Translations under genes and position numbers: made by a program
Shown: in pieces, positions 26,330-39,479 of the stretch
Layout: every line of letters begins with the position of its first letter
How positions within the stretch are numbered: the first letter of the stretch is position 1
The notes under the pieces: model-generated
Database searches by the model: none
Seen by the model: only the letters and a program-made list of their open reading frames with translations
Told to the model about the DNA's origin: nothing
Assembly (NCBI GenBank): GCA_008632985.1
Contig: QPGO01000041.1
Location: 124,001 to 188,000, forward strand
Direction of reading: 5' to 3'
From: Psammoneis japonica
Lineage: Eukaryota
DNA length: 64,000 nucleotides

Positions 26330-28268
26330 TTAGTTTGTTGTCTGTGCTGTTGCGTTTCCAAGCATCCCAATGCCATAATCAATATTTCTCCAACTCGTTG
26401 GGAATTCTCTTGCGAAGGTCACAAAAAAATTGTATCTAAGCATGGCATCCTTTCTCTCCTTGGTAGCGTAGTAGTACGTGTTGGGCAGGACCCCATCTTG
26501 ATATCCATTCAACCTGTCCTTGACGGAATGGTATCCACGCATTCTCGTAATGTACCCCGTAAAGGTGGAGAACCAACATCCAAAAAACAAGCGCCCCCGC
26601 GACGCCACGAGTTGATCGAGCATGCCGTAAAAGTTGGTGTTGAATCCCTTGATTTCCGTCATGAAATCATCCAAAAACACGACGTGATAATGCTGCCGGA
26701 GCGGGTCAAAGAATGTCTTGTTCTTTTCGTCCGTGCGATGTAAATAGTGGCGTTCTCTTGCAATTGTGCCTTGGTATTTTCATAAATCTCTTGTGCGGAT
26801 ATTCTCGTATTTTTGAATTGAAAGTCGCCCCGTCGAATGTGAAACGAATCAAATTCGCCGTTTGCATTTCCCCGTTTTCGGGATACTTCTCGAACGGCAT
26901 GCACTACTCGAGCGGCAGCACACTGGATTTCATCGACATAACGAACGTGATCTCGTATAAAGCGTTTGGTCCACAAGTCTTGTTTCCAATCTTGAAAGAA
27001 CAAAAAGCAATAAAAGTGCACCAACAAGCGTATTCTCATTTTGTGATAACACATGAAATGAACCACGAGGGCTTCTTGCATTTCTTCATCGTAGATACAG
27101 AGTTGCTTTCGATTGCCAAGTATTTCCTCCATGCGGTCTTGAGAGGTCCCATGACGTTGGGAGGGTTGTCGAGCGCGTTGAGTTTGGGACGCTTGTTCAA
27201 AATGTTGTCCTTGGTCGTTTGCAATTGATCAATTTCCACCTTGGATCCCGCATCACTTGGAAACGCCGCCACGCACTCTGTGGGCCGCCACATGGCAACA
27301 TGAGTCACGTTGCGTAGATATTCTTTAATCTCGTAATTTCCTTTCCCAACAAGCCGTTCCAATTGGTACGATTGTCGGGTGGAAAAACCGGTTGACCCGT
27401 GTTTTTATCCAAGAGATTTCCCGTCATGGCTTCTGTTTCTAAAAATTCTTGCATGGATATAATTTCCAACCCGACGTGTTCGTTGGCCAATTCGGAAATG
27501 GGAAAAAAGTCGGCAAAGCCAAAGTAGTTGCGTTGTCGATTTTGATTCTTGGCCAACAGATACATGCGTTGTTGCGGAGGCATTACGAGCGTACGGCCCA
27601 TGGCGTCTGCGTTGGAAAAAAAAAGCAGAGAGCAGAGTATGGACTTAGCATATGTAACCAGAGATAGCAACGGATTGCAGCGTAAATGAAAAATGCAGTG
27701 GGAGACGGATTCTCGCAAATACAGCAGAAGAAATCCCTCTGCGTCATTGGAACGGAAACTCAATCACACAAACAACAAACACAACTCATCCTATACATAG
27801 GTACGTACGTGCCATGGCCAAGACGGTTTCCATGGCCATTCGTATGTTGTTCCAACCCCCACCATCCGGTTCAAACGTCATGTACCGCTTGTGCTGTCCG
27901 CGCTTGGCGTGAAAGGGACTGACGTAATGCGCATCCGATGGTATATCGGACCAGTACACCATTTCCTGAGCAATCTCGGGAGACGGTCCATCCTTACACT
28001 GAAGCGTGGCAAGCTTCTGATCAGGAGATGATGATACAGCCATGAGCTGTTGGTGTAAATCTGTAAAAGCTTGAATGGCAGTACGAGCATGTGCATCAGC
28101 CCCATGGTGATGTGGATGCCACGCCAACAGTACGTTGTGATTGACAACAAACATGAAAACGCTGCAGCAAAGAAGAGTCAAGAAAAAGAGTCGTGCCATT
28201 CCATTCGTACTCTTTTCCTCCTTCTTGGCACCATTGTTGTGGTTCTTCTTGGGCGACGACGACGCCAT
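26330..28268 (-). CDS. GDP-fucose protein O-fucosyltransferase-like glycosyltransferase (type II membrane); one intron, apparent frameshifts
   Basis: N-terminal TM segment, TFEPDGGGWNNIRMAME, HIRRGDFQ, LDQLVASRGRLFFGCWFSTFTGYITRMRG. Confidence 0.82.
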
Positions 28269-28359
28269 GGCGACTTACAGAAGATGTGCGTCGTCGCAGT
28301 GGGTCGATCGCGCGGAGGGCGGCGTCATTTTTTCGAAGCCCGGAATAGCATGGTCGCCT

Positions 28360-28632
28360 TTCAAAGATCAAAAGACGCCACGGAGGTGCGAACAAATGTG
28401 ATGTTGAAAACGACGACTCATCACAGGCGGAGGGCAGAGGAATGCAAAAGGCATCGGGGAGACAGACACCCATGAAACAATCTTGCACCTGTTTTGAGAG
28501 TTGGTTGTGTCCACCAGGTAAAGGTTGCGACAACTGCTGGCCCAGCACACAGAGCGAAGCAACATCGCCTCATTTCTCACATTTGGCTCTGCTTGACTGC
28601 CTCCTTTTGAGCAGCTCTCCCATGGTCAAGAC
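28360..28632 (+). repeat. Dispersed repeat fragment, homologous to 41539-41811
   Basis: Shared tcaaagatcaaa...agggcagaggaatgcaaaaggcatc...ctctcccatggtcaagact. Confidence 0.85.
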
Positions 28633-29500
28633 TTGTGTGGCTTGTTTTTGCTTCAACAGGCTTTGAACCCCCACAAACTGAGCCACAATGGAGCTTGCAA
28701 GAATCTTGTCGCTCTGTCACAGCTGCTGTGCATGCGCTGCATTGCGGTTTTTTTCAATTCTCGTGCACTGCCTCAACTGCCAACTGCAACAGCCACTTGC
28801 CGTTGCCACACCAGAGGATGTTGTGTGTGACCATGAAAGGTTGAAAACAAAAAGGACAAGGCTCTGCCAGAGAAGCATTTGTCTCCTGACCAAAGAGCTG
28901 TGGAGAGAAAAAATGTGCGAACAATGTGTCGTGGATGCTTTGCTGCTGCAAAATGACCAAAGCCTTCTTTTTGACAAAGGCACATCAGAGAGCAGAGGCG
29001 TGTGTGAGGAGCGCAGAGAATGTGCAAATGACTGTTTTTGGAAAGCACAACACAGCCCCAGCTTCATCTGCTCGCTTTTCCATCTTCTTTGGGCAACTCA
29101 ATGTTTCTCATTTGCTTTCCAAAATGTCTCAAGCATGAGTTTAAGAGCCAACAAGATGGCATTGAGCTCGAGCATTGGCTCGTGGTCTGATGGCTTTTCT
29201 TCTGCAAAGAGTGTCTTTTTGTTCTTCAAAGTCATGTTGTCGCCCCTGTTTGGTGGCTGCACAGCTGCCTTCTTGGGCTCTTGCTTTTCAATCACTGCCA
29301 TTTGCCATTTGCGCAAACATTTGTTTTTCTCTTTCGTTGCACCTCAAGACAAGGGGGGGTGGATCTTCTTGTGTGATCCTGATTTTTTCAATGTTGAACA
29401 TTGCCTGAAGCACTGATGTGATGCGCACGCGCTCTGATTTTTTCACCTTTGCCTAAAATGCTGATGCATTTGCGCTAAAAGGGCCCTGCAATTGTTCGCA
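28400..29500. other. TpA-depleted decayed segment between two host genes
   Basis: Near absence of TA, excess TG/CA, fragmentary Tyr-free ORFs. Confidence 0.6.
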
Positions 29501-29792
29501 GGTCACTCGCACAGTGGATGGAGTACGAACTCTTCGTCGTGCTTTTTTCAGTGCGCGTCATCTGATCGTTGACCCCGAATCCCGAATCCGGGTGCCCGGC
29601 CGGGCAATTCAAGACAACTTTGAATCGTGGTTCTCATCGAATCGTGCATTCCGTTTCGGTGCGACGACCGGCCGACAAGGTGTGATTCTGACACAACTTT
29701 GCCTTTGACCATCATCAGAGAATTCTTCACTCATTTCATCGCCTTAGTGACGCAATCGACATCTACACACATCAAAAAAGACTCCAAGCACA

Positions 29793-30458
29793 ATGTCACT
29801 CATACTGGGAATCGTGGGTTTCTTCATCATTGTAGGCCTCGCCGTCGGCGTGAGTTATCTCTTCCTACGGTGCATCTGCAAGCTCTGCGGCGATGAGAGA
29901 TCAAATCATTCTCGGCGTCGACAATCCGAGTGCGACAACAACACCGATGTGGCAATATCACCGACATCACAAAGTAACACTCGGACTACTGTGAGGATCC
30001 CCCAAGCCATTCACGACATTGAAAGCAACCATCCTGAAATTGAAAGGCCCAACAATTCTGTGGAAGATAGTACTGGAAGGGATCCGCCCTACAATCCGTA
30101 TTTTGTCGACACTGATCATGTTCCGGTATTAGCGGTAAGTTGTGTATGAGTTGGCAGTACCACGCTTCACACTGTGCTTGTTGTAAATTGGATGCTTGAA
30201 ACTTTTTCCCTTTACTTTTTGTTCTAGAAGGTAGTAGTTAACGACGGCAACAAATATGCTGACTTTGGTAATGACCAGTTGGCACCCATTGAAGAAGAAG
30301 CCTGTACCATTTGCCAAGAAGAGTATGAGCAAGACGCAATCGTCTTTATAGGAAGGAACTGCCGGCACGTTTTTCACAACCATTGCATTGACGAATGGAG
30401 AGAGACTGGACATTCACTCTGTCCCATCTGTCGCGCTGTGCTGTTCAAGAGCGACTGA
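29793..30458 (+). CDS. Small membrane-anchored RING-H2 (ATL-like) E3 ligase, two exons
   Basis: N-terminal TM helix; gtaagt donor at about 30135; exon 2 reads CTICQEEY..CRHVFHNHCIDEW..CPICR, stop at 30456-30458. Confidence 0.8.
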
Positions 30459-30649
30459 CACCACCTCATCAAGGCAATTTTTGTGTATTACTGATAGGAT
30501 TTTGTACATAGTAGTTGATCGCCATGAACTCTGCTGCAGTACTATGCGTTAGGATATCTCAGAGGACACGCTGTAGAGAGCATGTGAATGCTACAGATGA
30601 ATGCTTTTAAAGTTACGCAAGAGCGAATATGTCTCCTTCGGCTCTACTT

Positions 30650-32500
30650 ATCCTTTCGGTTACTACTTCTGCTTTCAAAGCTTTGTTTGATGCATGTCCA
30701 TGTTGGTGAGCAAGCCAAAATTGTCGATGGCCTTGTTTCCAATGTTGCCACGAGTTGGAAAAGCGGAACGATAATTACGCGTGGATCAATTGGAGCATTG
30801 GTGGGAGCGACAACGCCTTCTTCATTCCCAGAAGCTGCGACAACTGCTCATAGGCCAACAAGGTAGGGGAGAGGAGCAAACAACCCGCATGTCACTGCCC
30901 TCGTAGAAGGCTATTAATATTCCGGAACAAGAATTCAAGTGCTTCGTTAGCTCGTTTCAAAAAGGCGCCAACGTGATGGCCAAACACAAAACGATCTTAC
31001 CTTGATATCCCTCATGCTTTAAGATCTTGACGGTGCAATCCCGAGTTCCAGATTAGGCTAGCTCGCCCTCCCGCGCTACGACTTGACGACGTGTCTTGAT
31101 CACGTAAATGAGATGATATGGTGAGAAATTGCATTGAGACCTGACCACTATGTTCAATACAACTTACCCGGCACACCGGCCGCGGCTCCCGCGACGAGCA
31201 AATTAGCGGTGGACGGCTTGTGGGACCCTTCCTTTTCCATGAAATAATCCTCCTTGAACCAAGCATAGGCTGGAAAGTACGTGGCCGGAAAGGGGGTATC
31301 TCGCAACAGACACACTGTCGCGCCCTTGTAGAGCCCAACAAAACCAAGCTCAGCAACAATTGCAAGTACAGACCGGGGTTTCGGAACGGGTCGGCCCTTT
31401 TTCTTTAATATTAGCACATGAAAACCGAGTCCAATCTGCTCCTTGCCTTGACTCGTTACCGTGAAGGCATCTCTCAATGACATTTGGTTCACAGTCAACT
31501 TGATTGCTTGGGATAGAAAGAGACGTGGACGTAACAGGCAAGACAGTGAGCTCACAAATTCTGCTTGATAACACAGCTTATATTGCAATAACCGCACTCA
31601 CCTTTCTCGGCAGCAACACCTCTCTAGCAGCGCCGCGGCAAGAGCCCTCGATACAAGCCAAAGAAGCCTTCCGACCGTATTGTCTTGGTCAAACAAATCC
31701 ATCGAGTTGTTGTACATTCTTGTACCGTCTACTGCGACGCGCTGTTTTTTTTTTTTTTTTTGCATTCTCGTCTTTACCAAGTCGATGGGGTACACCGCCG
31801 CCGCTCCGATTTCCCAACCTGCAATGGCGCCGAGTGCAAAGTTTTCAATAAATTCTCTCAGATACTTCAACAGCGACTTGTTATGCTGTCTTTGCGGATT
31901 CCTGCTCCATGTCGGGTAGCGCAAAGGTGAGCTATATTGCCGCATCATCGTCCCGCCACGGCTTTGATTCGAGGCGAAAAATCCACACCCACAACGCACA
32001 GGCTGTGTCTTGCGGCGAAACAAATCCATCCCCATCCAAATCAAACAATTGAAAAGCAACATCAAGTATTGTCGTCGACTCAGCTTGAAAGGCTAGAAAA
32101 TCACCTTGGGCAAACGACCGTTCTCCCAATTTCTTGAACCTGCGTCCCACATTAAAAACAAAATTGATGCCGACGTGATTTTGGCTGCCAACTACTGGGG
32201 AGTCGAATCATCGGCATTGAGTTTATCGGCTTCGACCGCCAACCACGCCGCTGATTGATTCGGATGCTTCAATTGGTTCTTGACACAACGCAGCGCTTCC
32301 AATCGCAGCGATCTGCCACATACGCCACTGGGCATAATCTCCATCCACGCAGCGGCTGTTTTCAAGATGCGCACAAAATTAGTTGGTGGTATAAATGCTC
32401 TCCCTCAATCCCGTGCAATTCAACTTGATGCAAAAAGGCTTGTTGTCGTCCCATTGCGCGTTGTAGATCCCACAGAAACAGAGAAGGACATTAGAACATG
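30650..32500 (-). pseudogene. Degenerate calcium-binding mitochondrial carrier (aralar/citrin-like)
   Basis: FQLFDLDGDGFVS EF-hand; ENFALGAIAG..VYPIDLVKTRMQ; AIKLTVN; GLYKGATVCLLRDTPF; LLVAGAAAGVP. Many frameshifts and stops. Confidence 0.8.
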
Positions 32501-32770
32501 ACAAGATTGAAGATGATTTGGATTCGCAAGAAGATCATCAAGCTCGGTGTGTGCAATAGATTGCGGGCTGGAGGTGGCAGGGACGGACGAAAGCACAAAA
32601 CATGCGCGCTCGCGCAGAAACCATCATACAGACAGACTGCCACTGCGATTATTCTCCGCGCGCCTCCTTTTGCGATCAGTAAGCAGAGTGCCCGCTGCCG
32701 ACGATGACACAACATCGATGAAACTAGTAGGTTGCGTATTTGGCAAACAGCAACAAGTGCATTGTTCGTG

Positions 32771-33718
32771 ATGAGTCGAGCGTATCTCCTTCTCTGTCTC
32801 CTTTCTTGCTGCACCAGCACCTGCCATGCGACTCAACGTGTGCCAGTGCACTCCGCGAAAACGACATCACGTTCCCGCTTGACACTAGCAGGCACACAAT
32901 TGCAACCAGCAATAACTTCTACTTCTCCATCGACCTCGTCCATCATGATGATTCGAGGTGGTGCCAGTAGTAGTAGTAGCAGAGCAAGGATTATTGTTGC
33001 ACAAACAGCAACAATTGTCAGTTTCATACAAGGATCCGTTGCGTTTCTCAAACCGTCGCCGTGGCCCAAGGTTATGGCTTTGTCGCATCGTCTCCAATGC
33101 AGAACTCATTGTACGACGGTTGGGTATTATTCTATTGCAAATGTCCGCGCTCGGATTTTGTAGCTTTTTTCTCAAGACTGACAAGACTGCAGCTATCGGT
33201 GTTGCATCGCTTGGTTTTGTTGTGGAAATCCTTCGTAGCATCATGGCGAAGGAGCACAAGAAATGGGATTTGCATTGGGGCCACAACTGTTCATTCTTTT
33301 GCAGTGTTTGCTGGTTAGCTACATCAATCTGGTTGCTTCAAACGTTCACACAGATCTCATTAACAAGATTCTTTCCGGTTGGTTGTTGTTGAATGGATTT
33401 CTGTTTGCTTTGTTGCCGTCGTGGGTTCTCCAGAATGGCTGGGGTATGAAGGACGTGACTGAGAAAATTGTCGGAATGACTAGCGGTTTTGGATATTGGT
33501 TCATTGCCTATGCCATCCATGTGACTTGTTTGGTTTGGAAGAGTGCTTCAGCAGCAGAGGAGGATGCAGCTATCAATGCATTGAGCTGGAGTCGTTTGTT
33601 CATCCTTTTGATCCATTTCCTACCCTCGCCTGGCGAATCCCTTGATATGGACAAAGGAAAGAAGTTGACCCTTTTTGCTTACCAAGCCACAATATTGGCT
33701 GGTCTTGTTTGTCTTTGA
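32771..33718 (+). CDS. Multi-pass membrane protein with signal peptide and IRGG motif; frameshifted in this assembly
   Basis: MSRAYLLLCLLSCC...MMIRGG followed by hydrophobic helices across ORFs 32732, 33061, 32958 and 33263. Confidence 0.6.
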
Positions 33719-34624
33719 AAGATGTGTGATGACGCAACAAGCCGTCGCGATGACAAATGTGTGCACAGACCTTATTCCTTGGCAATAGCAACATATATTT
33801 TAGACGCACTCTCTAGCTAGACGCTTGTTACATGGCTCCTAACACCCTGGTACATCGAGTCTCATTCTAGAGACTTCAAAAAGAAAGAGCCCCCCTGTGA
33901 GAAAAGGGACATGCTGAACAGCAACGTGTCAAGATTGGAAGGCGGGATCTTCAGAACAGATACCGCGAGAGAAGGAAGAAGAGAGGCAGGCTTTGAATAT
34001 ATAGCGTTTAGACTGCCACATGATGTGATTCAAAAACTCTGGAAACTTGGAAATTACAAAACACTCAAGAGCAGCATCCAACTGGCCTTGCATCGGAGAG
34101 CACCTATAATATCCGTTGCCTCTCAACCCTCGAAAGTTCAGACGGCGTACAGGGAAACTCAAAACAAAAAGAATCAACGATTGAGATTTACGCAGAACCA
34201 GTGCAAAACACGAACACCATGAAACCTATTGCCTTAATATCAAACGGAGCGACCACCGCGTTTCAATACATAATATAGTAGCAAGAGTACATAGTGAGAA
34301 CTCATATTACTACTGTATCCAGTCTTTCCTTCTAGAGAATATATATGCTATGTTAGGTACAGAATGATTGCTTTATGCCAACATGATAATGAGCAACGGA
34401 AAAGGGGTCATAAGGACATCAACCTTGGAGTCAAGCTTATCTTCATATTTCCGCCAATTATTTTTCAATTTCGGCCTCCAGCGGGAGGCTTGCAGTCTAT
34501 TGTCCGTCGCTCTCGCATGATTTTGGATCCAAGGTTCGAAAGGTGGGAGAGAGGACGTAGCTACAGCGACACACCTTTTCCAGGGTTCCTTCCAAGGTCA
34601 TCACGCATCAATAGAGATTCTCAA

Positions 34625-37062
34625 TCAGTTCTTCTTCTTTAGAAATAAACGCTCATGATTCAATGCCTGCAGCGGTCCGTCAGAGGAACGGAAGCCAGCG
34701 TTGCGTAATAGTTTCTTCGCTGAAGCCTGTCGTGTGGTCCAGCGCTCATCAGCCTTGTCGCTGATCCTTTGGGTAAAGCCATGCCAGGGTACGTCCCTTT
34801 CACTCATGAAAGCCGCAACGCTGAATCCAAGGGAAGCCAGATCATACTCGGCTTTGGGCGACCAGCTTTTCGTACCCCCCATGCTATGCACTTGAGCATG
34901 AGCAAAGGGGGAGATCCACGGAAACCTGTTACTCTTTCATCGCACGAAGCACATGTCCAATCAATGAGAACAAATACCTCTTTGCTCCGGTCAAACACGA
35001 TATTCTCAATACGCACGTCGAGGTGCAAAACCTTTGCGTTGTGAGAGTGGCCCAATCCCGCCTCAGTATCCTTCCACAAACGTTGCGCCGTTTCTTCTTT
35101 TGACTTGAAAAATGCACTGTGGGCTTTTGCAACTGGAATGCCCCTCGGAGCGATCAAGATGGCGGGGACGGCTACTGTCGTCTTACGGATATCATATACA
35201 AGTTGCCCCACACCTTCAAGACAAGGGATGTGATCAAAAGCGGCCAAGGCACGGAGGGCTTGGATTTCGCGCTTGATGTGACGAATTTCACCAACCCGGG
35301 ATGCTTTGATGCACTTGTAAGAATCACTGGAGACCTCGTACACTGTGCCATGAGACCCAGCACCAATTATGCCCCCCGCGGACAACCTTTCGGAGAAAGT
35401 TAGAGGCGAAGTACAAGTGGCCGCTTGGAATGATGCAGCTTGATCTCTTCCTTTGACAGAAAAAAAGAAGAACCTAAACTTTCCTCAGATGCATGCAACA
35501 AATTCCAAAGTTGCTTCAGTCCGGGTGGCACCTTGGGCTCTGCACATCCAGACGGGAATGGCTCTTCTCGAGAAATGTTCTGGACTTCTCTTTTGTCACA
35601 ATTTTCTTGAAAGCCGCACGGCTGACCAATGGAAACATCTTTGTGTAACTTGTCTCCACACCCACGTTAACAGTTCCCATGTTTACAAGCTGGAGTCGCA
35701 CCGCCTTCACATGGACGGGGGTGATGAGCATTCCCACAGCGCGTCCATCAACGCCGACGTTCCCAAGCTCAAAGGCAACAAGCATGCGCTTCGCCCCGTG
35801 CCCGATCTGTTGCTTGATGTTCTCATTATGCATTTCTTCTGCATTCTGATTTTTCCGGGAAACATTCTTTACTTCGGCACCTGCCTCCATCGGGAGCACT
35901 TTCGTTGCGTAAGGGCGCGGGAATCCAATCTCAAAATCGATGGAGTGCTTCGTGTCGGCGGCATGCATGCGAGCGCATTCGCGTTCTCGATGAATGTCTT
36001 CCCGTCCACGTTCTCCGTGAATGTCCTCTCGTCTAGTTTTGTCACCAATCAGTGCCAGAACTCGGAGCAAGGAATGCAATGTCGGTTGGACAGCCTGTTT
36101 TTCTCCAGCCTCCTCGTGCGGAAACATGAATGCCTCGTCATCACTTTGACTTGATGCATTGTCTTCCCAGTGTAAGATCCTTTCAGCGGTTCTTTTCATG
36201 CCGTCAGTGCACTGTTTCTTTTCGTTTTCTGCAGCGCTTGATGACAATGGATTCTTGATGTCAGCTCCGCAAATCAAACTATTCAGGAACTTCGAAAAGT
36301 GACCCAGCTCCTCGTCTACACCAGCATTGACCTGGTCTGGCCACCAAGGATCTACCAAAGGAGAATTCCCTGCTTGAGAAAACCTTTTCTCTTGTGCACA
36401 AGGGCTTGGAATTTTGACTCCTTCCATTCTTTCCTGAAGCTCGTCCAAACAGAATTCTCCTGCAACACTGTCGACGCGAGTTTCGGTAGATGCGTACGTC
36501 TTTGTTTCAGTTTTGTTCGAAAACAGGCACAAACTCTTTATTTCGTTTCTCGTCCTTTCCAGTTTGTCAGTCAACTCCTGCGTAGGCGATGCAATGTGAA
36601 AAGCCAGATCAGCATAAAGCCCTTTTTGTCCTTTATGAGGCGTGCTCTGTCGTACGCGGACTTGTCTTGTACTTCCATCAAGAGATCTGCTAAAGACGAA
36701 TCTACCTCTGACCAATCCAACTGCATGTCGACATTGGCCATGGTTTCTTGCTTTAGCCTCTTCACTAACCCCGAAATCCGTTGCAGGTCCGTGTCATCAG
36801 ATCGCCCGAGGAATGCAAGCACAGATTTGATTTCTTCTGTCCGATCTCTCCAGCACTGGACGGTGCCTTTAGGAGCCTTTGGAAATAGGGAAAGCAAATC
36901 GTCAATGTCTGTGCAGTCTGTATTTTGCTGCTCTACCGTTGCGGCGGTCATTTTTTGGACATTCTCCTTCTGGTGTCTGGCTCGAACTCGGCGAGCGACG
37001 GACTCCTCCTCCTCCTCCTCGTCGGCAGAGTGTTTTCGCTTCGCGCCAGACGTCGTCACCAT
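34625..37062 (-). pseudogene. Restriction-endonuclease-fold + protein kinase gene (Crinkler/RHS-type architecture), interrupted
   Basis: IDFEI...AEVK...KQQIGH PD-(D/E)xK-like core in 35516..36715. IGAGSHGTVY, IKAS, HLDVRIENI and LIDW kinase motifs in 34804..35385. Confidence 0.65.
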
Positions 37063-37556
37063 GGCTATCTTTGGTTCTCTTTTACAGCTAAGATCGATGA
37101 AAAAGCATGCAATCAATGTACAGTGACACCGCATCGCACGTGATGAAAGACACCGAAGCACCAACCGACAACGCGACACACACGTCTGAAAACCTGAAGT
37201 GCATTCTACGGAATTCTCCAACGTGTTTGAAATCGACTAGCAAGAGGAGCCATGCAATCACTGTCCTTTCCTTGTCCGGCACATGTGTCCCCTGCCACCC
37301 TGCAATGCGATGGCACAAGGCAACTCTTGGTGCATGCGATCGAGAAGGAAGATGAGAAACAAGCAACTGCGACAACGGGCAACGCGACAACGGTTTGTGT
37401 GTTGTTAGCATGTTGTGGGCCCCGCGTTTTTCCTGTGATCAAGCACTTCCTCGTTCACGCGCACATGCGCGGATGGAGTGCGGGGCCCGTCGCGGGGGGG
37501 GGGGGTGCCGTCTTCTTTTCCGAAAATCGCCCCGCTGTCCAAAGGCCTCTCTGCTG

Positions 37557-37931
37557 CTGATTGTCATAGAAAATCTGTGTCGATTTGAAAATCTGTGAGA
37601 TTATTTTATTGGGGGCCGAATAAAATCTGCAATGTTTTAGAACGGAAAATCTGGAATCTGGACCCGTCTGTCTTCCCCCCTGCAGTGGCACAAATGCACG
37701 TGGGGTGCACGTAGACCACGCCGGGCCCACTTTTACCGCGCCGGGCCTGCAGAACGGTTCTTCAAAGTTCGCATTAATTTGGCAAAATTCGGCAAAAATT
37801 AACCCCGGTTTTAGACGAACAATTGAAAATCTGAGCTTTTTGAAAATCTGCAACTGTTTCTGCGAACCCCTTGAAAATCTTTAAGAAATCTGAACCCCAA
37901 ATCTGTGCCACAGATTTTCTATGACAATCAG
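37557..37931. mobile_element. MITE-like element (375 bp) with perfect 23-bp TIRs and internal AAATCTG repeats
   Basis: ctgattgtcatagaaaatctgtg (37557-37579) is the reverse complement of cacagattttctatgacaatcag (37909-37931). No clear TSD. Confidence 0.85.
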
Positions 37932-38202
37932 GTAGAGCAGCTGCGAGAGTCAGTCCTGCTTGTGTGTTGAGTGTCAAAAAGTGCTTGCATCTCCACGCGC
38001 GTCTCCCCTCGTTCGTTCGGGCCGTGGGTTGCAACAAGCAAGAGTTGAGAGCTGCCCTTGGAACATGACGGTTCCAGGTTCGAGACACTCCTGTCATGGC
38101 ATCTTTCAAATGGAGCACAGCTGAAGGAGACAAGAGAGCAACAGCATCAGCAGTCATGTGGAAGATGACGATGCGGAGTGGTTCGATGAAAAAACCAGCA
38201 CA

Positions 38203-38592
38203 GACGCGTTCCAGGTCTAGGTGGGACCTCGTACTACTGAACTGTGACATCGATAGTTTTTTGAATCACGTCGTATGTCGCGCACGTAGATTTCTACGTG
38301 ATTTTTTTGACATTTTGTGTCATTTTACGGTGCACTTATTGAGCGATCCGTCCAACAACTTTTGACATTTTTTGTTACAGCGCGATTCTATAATGTCTTA
38401 AGAATCGCGTAGGGCAGGTGCATTTGCAAAAACGTCGAGTGGTAAGAGGCATAATTGTACCACAAACTTGGCCGTTTATTTGATGTTGAAGACAAATGTA
38501 TGCATTAATTAAATTCTCGTACTACGGAGCTCGCACGTAGAATTCTACGGGCCCAATGTCACACGGAGTCCCACCTAGGGCTGGAACGCGTC
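38203..38592. mobile_element. MITE-like element (390 bp) with 25-bp TIRs (23/25) and flanking CACA direct repeats
   Basis: gacgcgttccaggtctaggtgggac at the left versus gtcccacctagggctggaacgcgtc at the right; caca at 38199-38202 and 38593-38596. Confidence 0.85.
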
Positions 38593-39479
38593 CACAAACA
38601 AGCACACTGGCAAGCTCCCACTGCCAAACATGGACAATCCCCAACACAGTGGCCCATGAGAACAGACAAGCCATGCATCTTTGTCTCCCACATGGGATGA
38701 GACGGAGTCAAGGAGGGGCTTGCAAGACCAACACATTGGTTTTTGGAGAACATTTTGCTCGCAGACGCCTTTCTCGATGATGCGCCCGGCACAGATCTCT
38801 AGGGCCAAGACAAGTCATGGGCTCTCATGCGGCCAGCCTGTGAGTGCACTCACACTGTCATCATTTTCTCGCCCTCCTGCTGAAAGCAGAAATTTTGTGT
38901 CAAGGAATTGAGTGTTTTTGACGACCGATTGAGGCTTTCTTGTGATGCCAAGGCCGCTGCTGCTGCTGCCGTCAGCAACAAGAACAACTCTCTTGCAAAT
39001 TCCAAGTCCTGCCAGCCCTCTGGAACATGATGAATTGGATGCCATGAACAGGTGAAGGACTTGACATGGATTGGCCAGCACACATGGAATCCTGCCAACT
39101 GCATGATTCAAACGTTGTTGTGGCCGAAACTCTCAAGAATGCTGCTCCAGACTGCTGCCAAAATGCCATTGGAAAAAATGTTGCAAGAGAATCTTGACAC
39201 ATGCATGGAGTCTCTAATCAGAGGGCCATCCAACATTCCTCAAGATTTGTTGAAATTTGCCAAGGAACATTGTTTGCCAGTGCTTGTTGGGGCCAGTGAC
39301 TGTGGCGGTTCTTTGTCAACAGTGTCATCCTCAAATGATGAATGCTGCATTGCCAGAGCCATGTTCTCAAGAGGACGTTACATGGATGAGGACAGAAAGT
39401 AGAGCCATCAGGTTCTCAAGAGCAAAAAGCAGATTCAAAGAAACCTTGACTGCACTGTGAAGCATGGAAGTGGCGCGGT

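Noticed and set aside
26330..28268. Programmed frameshifting or pseudogenisation in host genes (also kinase paralog 1, peptidase 2, the 32.8 kb gene)
   Set aside because: Scattered small indels in otherwise conserved frames look like long-read consensus errors; this cannot be resolved without reads.
37417..37488. 9-bp inverted repeat gggccccgc/gcggggccc
   Set aside because: Short and GC-rich, with no TSD or other support.
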